Below are positions 6,967 through 15,477 of a stretch of DNA of 48,179 nucleotides, piece by piece (the stretch's first letter is position 1; each line of letters starts with the position of its first letter). The notes below the pieces were generated by a model. That model was not told the DNA's origin and made no database searches. It was given only the letters and a program-made list of their open reading frames with translations. The translations under genes and the position numbers were made by a program. This stretch comes from an uncultured Erysipelotrichaceae bacterium (GTDB lineage: Bacteria > Bacillota_I > Bacilli_A > RF39 > UBA660): NCBI GenBank assembly GCA_902797275.1, contig CADBSI010000022.1:1-48179 (forward strand), read 5' to 3'.

Positions 6967-9433
6967 CAAAAAAGTCATCAAAGAATTCATCATCACTTAC
7001 TTCTTTATATTTATTCTCTTCTACTAAATCCATATTAGGTTTGATGTTTTCTTTTAATTCAGTTTGTTTTTTAATTTTATCAATTAATTCATCAATATTT
7101 TCAGGAGTATCTTTTTCTTCAATAGGATTTTTATCTTCTTTTTCAACAAAATCAGCATCATCAAAGGTTGATATAAATGATTTAAAATTATCGTTTTCAT
7201 TTTTTTCAACATTATTGTTAGTATCATTATTAGTTAAATTGATAGTTTCACTAAAGTTGTCAGATTTTAAATCATTATTTAAAATATTGTTTAACCTATT
7301 TCCTGAATTATTATCTGAATTATCATTTAATATATTTTTCAAGATATCATTCGAATTGTTATCCATATTATTATTTAAATTACTATTATCTAAAGTATTA
7401 GATAAATTTAATTCATTACTTGTATCTTTAGGAGTTGTTGATATTTGATTTTTATTTTTAGATTCTTCTTGGTCAATTCTTTTTTCTTCTTCTTCAAGTT
7501 CAGCTATTTTAGCATCTATATTTTTTAGAATTCGATCAACATCTATTTTAGAATCAACATTACCTTTAGGGGGGCTAGCAAAATCATTATCAAAATCAAA
7601 GCCACCTGAGCCAAACATTCCCGGCATTGAAGATGGAAAATCACCAAATGGAGAAGAACCACCAAATGGATTAGTTCCTCCTAAACCTTTAGCAAATGGA
7701 TTATTTTCCTTTTTCTTTTCTTTTACATATTCTCTTACATCAAAAACTTTAACTTCATGTCTTGGTCTTTCTTTAATATTAGAAGTTGAAGCTAATTTAT
7801 AAGTTCTACCCCAATCCATTTTATAATCTGGTGTTAACTTAGTTTTAAATGGAGGCATACGAAGTCTTCTAATAATTACTTCGTTCATTTTTAATTTTTG
7901 TAAATCACTAATGGTAATTAAAGGTCTTGTTTCTTCTTTTTCCTTATCATCTTTACCTGTTTTTACTTTAATATCACCACACATTTTACTAATTTCTTCT
8001 AAAGCTTTTAGTTCGGTTGATATTAAATAAATCATATTGCCACAGTTTCCCTTTATGGTTTCAGCATTTTGTTCCCCATAAACTTCATTTAATTGGGCAA
8101 AATTTTGAATAATCATTGTAAAACGCATTAAACGACTACGAGCTGCTGTTATCATTGTTGTTACATCTTTAAGAGGTGGCATGTTAGCAAACTCATCTAA
8201 TAAGAAATTAGTTCTAACTGGTAGTTTACCACCATGACTTTGAGCAACATCAATTAAAGTTTCATAAATTTGTTTAATTAGAATTGTTACTAATGAGTGA
8301 TATGTTTTCTTTTCATCTTGAATAATTATAAAAACAGCCGTTTTCTTTTTTCCAATATCTGCTATATCAAAATCACTATATGATAACATTTCTGATAAAT
8401 TAATACGCGAAGCAAATAATTTTATTTTTTGTTTAAAAACAGCTATGATACTCATCTTGGTATCATTTGGAGCAAGTATTGTTGAAGAGGCATTTATGTA
8501 AGCTGCTCCATTTGGATCTTTGGTATTAAAATACTCTTTAATATAAGTACTTCCTCCTATTTTATCTTCACCTACTGTTGTCATTAAGCTAATGCTATTA
8601 AGATTTATTTCTTCTTCTTTGGCGTCTTCAAATAAACCTAGAGTTAAACCAGAAAAATAATCAGCTGACGTTTTTTCCCAGAAAGGATCACCATTTTTAT
8701 TTGATTCGTCATACAAAATATTTAAAGCTAAATCGTCTAATAACTCGATAGCTTTATCTTGATTGCCGCTTTTCCATAATTTATAAGGCAAAGTTAAGGG
8801 ATTCCAAGCATTACCTTTACCAGGCTCACGGAAGTTTAACAAAACAATATTATAGCCTTTTGAACGAAGCATATTGCTTTTTTTCTCATAAAGCTCACCC
8901 TTAGGATCAGTTAAAATCATTGATTCTCCATGTTTAGCAAGAAGTTCAATCATTGGAAATATTATTGCTGTTGTTTTACCAGAACCGGTAGAACCAATAA
9001 CTAAATTATGGTATTCACTATCATCAACATAAATTTTTTTACCATCATTTATTAAAGCAACACCAGCTGCATCAGTTTTTTGATCACTTGGATGAACTAA
9101 CTTTAATTGTTTTTTCATGTCCTTGGCATCACACCATTTACTATAACCATCACCTGATTTTTTTTCAGTGCTAATACCAAATCCCTTTTCAAATTCAAAG
9201 AAATAACTCTTGCAACTAATAAGTAATGCAACTACAGCAACAAGGTAAAAAAGAATTGTTGCCCAAAATAAATCTTTACTAAAAGCAGGAAATGGATCAA
9301 GTCCTGTAAACTCACCTGTTGATGTTATTGATGATAAGTTAGAAATAGCAATACAAACAACATAAAGAAGCACTAAACAAACAGCAATAAATTTCTTCAT
9401 ATCGTCCGAATCAAAACGTAATTTTAATTTCAT
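6962..9433 (-). CDS. type IV secretion coupling protein (VirD4/TraG family) with a long low-complexity C-terminal tail
   Basis: 823 aa. It has two N-terminal TM helices, the Walker A motif GSTGSGKTT, the family context ILTDPKGELY...NAWNPL, and the Walker B-like LLDEFANM. The last 250 aa or so are G/F/P-rich and then N/D-rich. Confidence 0.85.
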   Translation of the reverse strand: MKLKLRFDSDDMKKFIAVCLVLLYVVCIAISNLSSITSTGEFTGLDPFPAFSKDLFWATILFYLVAVVALLISCKSYFFEFEKGFGISTEKKSGDGYSKWCDAKDMKKQLKLVHPSDQKTDAAGVALINDGKKIYVDDSEYHNLVIGSTGSGKTTAIIFPMIELLAKHGESMILTDPKGELYEKKSNMLRSKGYNIVLLNFREPGKGNAWNPLTLPYKLWKSGNQDKAIELLDDLALNILYDESNKNGDPFWEKTSADYFSGLTLGLFEDAKEEEINLNSISLMTTVGEDKIGGSTYIKEYFNTKDPNGAAYINASSTILAPNDTKMSIIAVFKQKIKLFASRINLSEMLSYSDFDIADIGKKKTAVFIIIQDEKKTYHSLVTILIKQIYETLIDVAQSHGGKLPVRTNFLLDEFANMPPLKDVTTMITAARSRLMRFTMIIQNFAQLNEVYGEQNAETIKGNCGNMIYLISTELKALEEISKMCGDIKVKTGKDDKEKEETRPLITISDLQKLKMNEVIIRRLRMPPFKTKLTPDYKMDWGRTYKLASTSNIKERPRHEVKVFDVREYVKEKKKENNPFAKGLGGTNPFGGSSPFGDFPSSMPGMFGSGGFDFDNDFASPPKGNVDSKIDVDRILKNIDAKIAELEEEEKRIDQEESKNKNQISTTPKDTSNELNLSNTLDNSNLNNNMDNNSNDILKNILNDNSDNNSGNRLNNILNNDLKSDNFSETINLTNNDTNNNVEKNENDNFKSFISTFDDADFVEKEDKNPIEEKDTPENIDELIDKIKKQTELKENIKPNMDLVEENKYKEVSDDEFFDDFFE

Positions 9434-9442
9434 ATGTCCTCC

Positions 9443-10144
9443 TTATATTTCATTATTAATAACATTCTTTTTATGCATTTTAAAACCAATTATAATCATT
9501 GTTAAAATAATCAAGATAATTACAAATAACGATATATACATTATAATATTATATATGTATATCTTATTTTTATCAAATGTTATTTTAATTTCTTTATTTT
9601 CGGTCGAAGAATCTACTAGCCAAATATAGGCATTTGTTTTTTTATCATGTTTATCAGCGTTATTTTCAACTACAACATAAGGTGATTTAATAGATATTGC
9701 TAATTTTGAAACAGGATAACTATCAGAATCATCATCAGTTGTATACTTTTTAAAATTAACTGTTTGAAGTGTTATTAAATTATCGTTTGTTGTTATAATG
9801 ACATTTTCAAAAACTTGATTTTTAAAAATAGTATTTTGACTATATTCTTCTAAACTTTTATATTCTTTTGAAATAATAACTTCAGGATACTTGGTGTTTT
9901 TTTGATTTATTTCATGCTTATAATTATTGCTATTCAATTTATTTTGAATTTCACTATCGTTATAAAATTCTTTAACTATTGTAATTGGTAAATTCTTGTA
10001 ATAGATATTAAAAAAATCTGAAGTTGCTGTTATTTTTGCCTTCTCACTGACATTAATATTTTTATCAATATCTAACTCATAATTAACGGAAGCACATCCC
10101 GTTAATAAAAACGGAATTAGTAAAATTAATATTTTTTTCTTCAT
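9443..10144 (-). CDS. T4SS-associated lipoprotein with an additional C-terminal TM helix
   Basis: Lipobox LLTGC after a basic/hydrophobic signal. C-terminal helix IIMYISLFVIILIILTMIIIGF. AGGAGA SD. It is packed 8-9 nt from both neighbours. Confidence 0.6.
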   Translation of the reverse strand: MKKKILILLIPFLLTGCASVNYELDIDKNINVSEKAKITATSDFFNIYYKNLPITIVKEFYNDSEIQNKLNSNNYKHEINQKNTKYPEVIISKEYKSLEEYSQNTIFKNQVFENVIITTNDNLITLQTVNFKKYTTDDDSDSYPVSKLAISIKSPYVVVENNADKHDKKTNAYIWLVDSSTENKEIKITFDKNKIYIYNIIMYISLFVIILIILTMIIIGFKMHKKNVINNEI

Positions 10145-10152
10145 TTTATCTC

Positions 10153-12723
10153 CTATCTTCCAATTAAAATAAAAGAGTACTCACTATTTGTATATTTTAA
10201 AATATCATCTTGGAAATTTGCCCAGTAATTATCTCGTTTTGAACTTGATGATCCTGGATCCCATACTAATGTTTTAACAACGCCATTTGTATTTTGTACG
10301 CCTACTAGTGTTATATAATGCCCACTATTACTTTTATATCTTCCTGCATTTGGAGCAAGTCTTGCTATTGCAACAAAACTACCTGTTGATAATTTTTGAA
10401 GCATATCCGATATAGCAGATTGATTATCTTTGTTAACAGTTGTAACTTTTAAACCATATGCTCGTGAAACATCCATTATCATTTGTGGACGAGATGCTTG
10501 CTTGCAACTTGAAAATCCTTTAGCCTTTTGATTAACAACATCAGGTGTTAATCTTTGACTTTTCAATATTGAAATAGCCATAGAAACAGCTGTTATATTA
10601 CAACCATTTGAAGAAATTGGACCAGAATCGCATAAATTTTGTTCACTCCAAGGCTTAGAAAATTGATAATAATGAAAATTTTCATTTAAATTAGCTTGTC
10701 CATTGTAATTATAATTATTTGAGCTAGAATCTAGGTATAAACCTTCTTGAATATTTATAAGATCGTACTCAGTAGAATCATAATATTTTGCTAGAATTTC
10801 ACGATATGTCATACCATTTATAGAATCTTGAATAGACTCTTTTTGACCTAAGCAATTAGAACCACAATTTTTATTATTTATAGAATCGTAATAACTTCCA
10901 AATTTAATATCTTTAGAACCACTAAAAGTTTCGGCTGTTACTCCTTTTTCAACCATGACTTCTCCAAATACCTCTGATACTAATTCCCGAAGTTTGGTTA
11001 ATTGTTGTTCATTTAAAGCTGGATGATTTGCTGTTGAACTTGTTGTTGACATACAAGTACCATACTTATCACCATTATAATGACTATAATTAGAATTTGT
11101 AGTTGGATTACAACATACAAGACGACAATTACCAGTTGGAATATATAAGTCGGTTCCTTTTAAATCAAGACCTGATCTTCCCCATGAAGATTTTCCAAGC
11201 ATGAAACTATAAGATGCTACTGCAAGAGCTTTCAAGCCTTCTTTAAGATTTTCTTGTCCATTAGCATATTGTTTAGCATAACCACTAACCTCGCCATAAA
11301 GAGCTCCAACCCCATAATCAACTAGAGAAACTATAGACGGTGCTTCCGCTTCGTTAGTAGTTGCTGCTGGATTATCAAATACTTTAATGTTATTAAATGT
11401 TTTATATTTATACGGAGTAGAACATGTTTGAAGATGAACATTTATAGTATCACTAATTACAGATTGAGATGATTGGTTTCCTTCAATGGCAAAACGCAAA
11501 TATTCAGCATAATCAAATATTTCATCAACTAATTTTGTAGGATCACTATATTCTTCGTATGCTAATAAAGAAGAATAATAATTTGTTAAGAAAGAACTTT
11601 GTAATAATTTATTATAATACTCACCATTTTTTGATACATCAGAATAATAAGAATCCCCATTTGATGAAATCATTAAATCAGCAACTGTTGTAATATATTT
11701 AGTAGCTTCCCCAAAATCATATACTTGTCTATGAAAATCAGGGTTTGATTTCATTAGACTATCATATTCCTCTTCACTCATATTATTAAGTTGAAGTTGA
11801 TAATAGGTAGGATATCTATAAAGCAAAGTTGCTTCTAAAACATAAGTGTCAAGAATGACTCCATACTTTTTCTGATAATCAGCAAGTATTCCAGAAATTG
11901 AACCATCGGAACTACCAACTATATTATTATTAAAATTTATTTCTTCCTTAAGCAATTCAGGATTATCAGAGTCATAATAATGGTTTTTTGTTTCATCTTC
12001 ATCGGAATTCAAACTAACTATAGGTGAGGTTAAAGTATCTAAGGAACCCCAAGCCCCACCTGCAATTACCATTATCAATATAACTCCAAAAATGCCAATA
12101 CCACCAATCAAAACTAATAAAACTTTTCTTTTATACTTAGTAAATCCAAAACTAAAAATATCTTTAGTTTCACCAAATTCATTTACACCGGTTTTATCTT
12201 CTTGTTCTTCACTATCGTTTTCATTATTCTGTAAATTATTATTTTTGTTTTCTACTCTATTATTTAGTTTTCTTTGATTATGAAGACTATTAAGTCTTGA
12301 ACCACGACTATCTTTTGATAATGCTTTCGGTGTTGAATTTCCGCCAGTTAGTTTTCCTCCACCGTGACCATTTGGTTTAGCAACTCCACCTGCACTCTTT
12401 CCGGATTGGGCAGCCATATTTGTAGCTTTACCCGTTCCTTTTCCGCCAACTAAATCAACTGCTTTATCAGCTGCATCAACTACACCGGCATCATTTAATT
12501 TTTTATTTAATTTATTCACGCCAGGAACTTTTGAAATAACTTTTCCAACACCTTGTTCTATTCCTTGGCCTAATTTAGTTTGAGAGATTTTATCATAAGC
12601 AACATTTCCTATGGTTCCCCCAAAATAACTTGCAGCTGCCTTACCAGCAACGTGAGCCGTTTTAGCACCAGCGTCCTGCATTTCCTTTTTTTCTTGCTGC
12701 TTTTTTTCATAATTTTCCATCAT
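10153..12723 (-). CDS. T4SS-associated cell-wall hydrolase: G/K-rich N-terminus, TM helix, possible SpoIID-like region and C-terminal C39-like (papain-fold) cysteine peptidase domain
   Basis: Start placed at the ATG at 12723 (AGGTGAG SD; the track used the GTG at 12732). TM helix LLVLIGGIGIFGVILIMVIAGG. The segment DYGVGALYGEV...EGLKALAVASYSF resembles the SpoIID/LytB motif. The C-terminal NGCNITAVSMA...GHYITLVGV...WDPG matches the Cys/His pattern of C39-like peptidases. Confidence 0.6.
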   Translation of the reverse strand: MMENYEKKQQEKKEMQDAGAKTAHVAGKAAASYFGGTIGNVAYDKISQTKLGQGIEQGVGKVISKVPGVNKLNKKLNDAGVVDAADKAVDLVGGKGTGKATNMAAQSGKSAGGVAKPNGHGGGKLTGGNSTPKALSKDSRGSRLNSLHNQRKLNNRVENKNNNLQNNENDSEEQEDKTGVNEFGETKDIFSFGFTKYKRKVLLVLIGGIGIFGVILIMVIAGGAWGSLDTLTSPIVSLNSDEDETKNHYYDSDNPELLKEEINFNNNIVGSSDGSISGILADYQKKYGVILDTYVLEATLLYRYPTYYQLQLNNMSEEEYDSLMKSNPDFHRQVYDFGEATKYITTVADLMISSNGDSYYSDVSKNGEYYNKLLQSSFLTNYYSSLLAYEEYSDPTKLVDEIFDYAEYLRFAIEGNQSSQSVISDTINVHLQTCSTPYKYKTFNNIKVFDNPAATTNEAEAPSIVSLVDYGVGALYGEVSGYAKQYANGQENLKEGLKALAVASYSFMLGKSSWGRSGLDLKGTDLYIPTGNCRLVCCNPTTNSNYSHYNGDKYGTCMSTTSSTANHPALNEQQLTKLRELVSEVFGEVMVEKGVTAETFSGSKDIKFGSYYDSINNKNCGSNCLGQKESIQDSINGMTYREILAKYYDSTEYDLINIQEGLYLDSSSNNYNYNGQANLNENFHYYQFSKPWSEQNLCDSGPISSNGCNITAVSMAISILKSQRLTPDVVNQKAKGFSSCKQASRPQMIMDVSRAYGLKVTTVNKDNQSAISDMLQKLSTGSFVAIARLAPNAGRYKSNSGHYITLVGVQNTNGVVKTLVWDPGSSSSKRDNYWANFQDDILKYTNSEYSFILIGR

Positions 12724-12744
12724 ACGACTCACCTACCTTTACTA

Positions 12745-14532
12745 CTATAATCCGCCGCCAGAACCAAATGAATCTAATTCATCTTGAGTTACAACTATAT
12801 CTATTTGCATACGTCTAGAACCACAAACAAATAAAGCTTGTCCTTGGTTATAACGTTTTATACTCTCTATTTCATTTTCATTCAAATCAACTAAATGTGA
12901 TAAATCTTCAACTGCTTGTTTTCTAAGTTGCATAATCATATAATATGAAGCATTGTCAAAAATTGCTTTTCCTTGAACAATTACTTCTGGATCAGAGAAG
13001 TCTGTTGGTTGTTGAGTAATTATAATTGTTCCTGTATTATACTTACGACTTCTTCTTTGAACTTGTGCTAAGAAATCAGCTCCTAAAACATTTTTACCAG
13101 CTAGAAGAACATGGGCTTCGTCTACCATTAAAATGGTATCTTTCGTTCTATCAAGACATAGTCCCCAAGCAAATTTTAAAATATTGAAGAATAGTGCATT
13201 TTTGATATTAGTATCTTGGTTCATTAATTCTTTTATATTAAATACAATATAATTACTATCTTTTCTAATTGTTGTATGGCCATTGAAGTAATAACTTAAC
13301 TCTCTAACAAATGGTCTTACTTTAAGTTCAAGTCGTTCCATAATATCACGTTCATGTGTTTTTTCAGTCATTGATGTTAAACGGCCTCTAATTGTTGCAT
13401 AAACATCAGAGAAAGTTGGGAAATCTTCACTGGTTTTTTCAGCAAAATTACTTTCAAAATTAATATCAAATCTACGATAAGTATCTTGAACTATTTCACT
13501 AAATAGAGTTTGAACATCATCTTCAATATCAGGATAATAATAACGCATAAACGCTTTCAAGAATTGTAAAGTTCTTGTTAAAACTGTATGACCTAAGCCA
13601 TCTCTTATATCTTCCTCATCTGCATCTAAAACAACCTCAAGTGGGTTAATCATTCCATATGCTCCACCTTTTCCAAGGTCAACAACATCACCGCCATACA
13701 ATCTTGTCATATCTTCAAGTTCATTTTCTGGATCAATTGCAACTATTTGACATCCATTTCTTATATGTCCACGAAGTAATAACTTAGCTGCTGTTGACTT
13801 ACCAGAACCAGATCCACCAAGAATAATCATATTAGCATTATTTCTATTCATTTCTTTACGATATTTATATAAAAATTGATTAAATAGTATTACTCCTCCT
13901 GAAAAATCAACACCTATTAAATTTGAAAGTCCAGGATCTTTGATTGAATCAAATACAAACGGATACATTCCAGCAACTGTAACTGAAGGAATAATTGTAC
14001 CAATTCTTTGTTCAATTTTTTGTTTTGGAAATATTGGTAATATTGATTTAAATAAAGTTTCTTGTTCAAAACGAAGTGTTACTGCTCGAAGTTCTAAAGA
14101 ATCTAATAAATTTTTAACATTAGTCTTTTTTAATTCTAATTCTTCTCTACTATTAGCAGTTATCATAATATGCATTTGAAAATCAAATATAGTTGATTGA
14201 TTAGCTGCTAACATCGAAACAAAATATTCAAGAGATTCATATTCTTGTCTTAATCTTTCTTGCATTGTTCTATCTTTTTCATCTTGATAGCGTTGTTTAT
14301 AATCAGCAATTTGCTTATTAATCATCTTTTGCATCAATGAAAAAGGAACAGGAATATGTTTTATAACAACTTTAATTCCAGGAATGTTAGTTAAATCGGC
14401 AAGATAACCTGGTGTTATAAATTTAGGATAAGATACAACTGTCAAAATAGTTGCATATTTATCACTTATATTAAAATCACTTGGATTAAACTGTAAACCT
14501 TTTGGTGCTATTTCACTCTTAAAAAAACTCAT
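12745..14532 (-). CDS. VirB4-family T4SS ATPase, C-terminal roughly three quarters (ATPase body)
   Basis: 595 aa with Walker A GGSGSGKST, Walker B ILMVDEAH and the motif IIITQQPTDF. The N-terminus (APKGLQFNP...ILTVVSYPKFITPGYL) corresponds to an internal part of full-length Gram-positive VirB4 proteins. Confidence 0.85.
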   Translation of the reverse strand: MSFFKSEIAPKGLQFNPSDFNISDKYATILTVVSYPKFITPGYLADLTNIPGIKVVIKHIPVPFSLMQKMINKQIADYKQRYQDEKDRTMQERLRQEYESLEYFVSMLAANQSTIFDFQMHIMITANSREELELKKTNVKNLLDSLELRAVTLRFEQETLFKSILPIFPKQKIEQRIGTIIPSVTVAGMYPFVFDSIKDPGLSNLIGVDFSGGVILFNQFLYKYRKEMNRNNANMIILGGSGSGKSTAAKLLLRGHIRNGCQIVAIDPENELEDMTRLYGGDVVDLGKGGAYGMINPLEVVLDADEEDIRDGLGHTVLTRTLQFLKAFMRYYYPDIEDDVQTLFSEIVQDTYRRFDINFESNFAEKTSEDFPTFSDVYATIRGRLTSMTEKTHERDIMERLELKVRPFVRELSYYFNGHTTIRKDSNYIVFNIKELMNQDTNIKNALFFNILKFAWGLCLDRTKDTILMVDEAHVLLAGKNVLGADFLAQVQRRSRKYNTGTIIITQQPTDFSDPEVIVQGKAIFDNASYYMIMQLRKQAVEDLSHLVDLNENEIESIKRYNQGQALFVCGSRRMQIDIVVTQDELDSFGSGGGL

Positions 14533-15137
14533 TATTTCATCACCACCGTTCCAAATTCTGTTTTAATTCCACCGTTTAAGAAATTATCTAAAATCATTCT
14601 TAAATCATCATTTGATGTTTGACTAGAATTAAGACCACTACTTGCAAGTCCATTAATTATTAAACGTATTTTTCGATTCATCTCATCAGTATTATTTTCT
14701 TTAAATAAAATATAATATTCAGTATCAACTACCTGATTATTGATAAACATATTAGCTTTTTCAATATCTTGAGCAATTATTTTTATTTGAGCTGGATTAG
14801 TAGCATTTTGAAGCATTAATTGAAGCTGTGATTGATAAACTGATATATCAACTGGTCTATCAGCAGAAATCATCCAAAATTCAAAATTCATTAAATTATA
14901 AAAATTTCTCATTGCATTTAAAACGCTTTCTTGTTGAAGTGGATCAAGAATAAATATATTTTTTGGATATATTTTAACCCCTGTTACCATTTCACGATTT
15001 GGTAGAAAAATAACACCATCCTTTATTCCTTTTATGTTTATCCAATCTTCTGTATAAGGGGAAGTCATCTTTTTATTTTGATTAATTTTGTTAGGTACTT
15101 GATTACCTCTTGCAAGATTACTTGTCTTTGAATTCAT
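14532..15137 (-). CDS. VirB4 N-terminal-domain-like protein (separate ORF, translationally coupled to the ATPase body)
   Basis: 201 aa. The segment INIKGIKDGVIFLPNREMVTGVKIYPKNIFILDPLQQESVLNAMRNFYNL resembles the N-terminal region of Tn916 Orf16/PrgJ-type VirB4 (from memory). Its TAA overlaps the downstream ATG (TAATG at 14534-14530). Confidence 0.55.
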   Translation of the reverse strand: MNSKTSNLARGNQVPNKINQNKKMTSPYTEDWINIKGIKDGVIFLPNREMVTGVKIYPKNIFILDPLQQESVLNAMRNFYNLMNFEFWMISADRPVDISVYQSQLQLMLQNATNPAQIKIIAQDIEKANMFINNQVVDTEYYILFKENNTDEMNRKIRLIINGLASSGLNSSQTSNDDLRMILDNFLNGGIKTEFGTVVMK

Positions 15138-15447
15138 AACTAGAACACCATCCTCTCCATCTATATTTTTGTCTATTGGTATAAAACGAAATTAATTCTC
15201 CCATAGCTGTCCTAATATTATGATAATTTGGAAATGGAAAAACCAAGAATACTGCAATTAAAGCAGGACTAATTGCCAAAATTGAAGTAAAGTTATCCAT
15301 TGCTCCGATTGCTGACATTATAACAAGTGCCAGCAAAGTTATTCCAATTCCAACACCAAAGATCAAAAGATCAACCGGCATAAATATGCCAAATAATAGT
15401 TGACCTTTCTTTGTATTTGCAGGAATTAAATATTGATTGTTATTCAT
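15118..15447 (-). CDS. small two-TM T4SS membrane protein (PrgI/TcpE/VirB3-like)
   Basis: 109 aa with two hydrophobic helices. It sits directly upstream of VirB4, as in Gram-positive T4SS loci, and overlaps the next gene by 20 nt. Confidence 0.5.
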   Translation of the reverse strand: MNNNQYLIPANTKKGQLLFGIFMPVDLLIFGVGIGITLLALVIMSAIGAMDNFTSILAISPALIAVFLVFPFPNYHNIRTAMGELISFYTNRQKYRWRGWCSSYEFKDK

Positions 15448-15477
15448 ATACTAATATCACACTCCTCAATTTATTTT

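Noticed and set aside
7180-7450. Repetitive AT-rich DNA (aat/gat-rich) that could be mistaken for a tandem repeat or array.
   Set aside because: It is in frame within the coupling-protein ORF and simply encodes the N/D/S-rich tail. There is no regular repeat-spacer periodicity.
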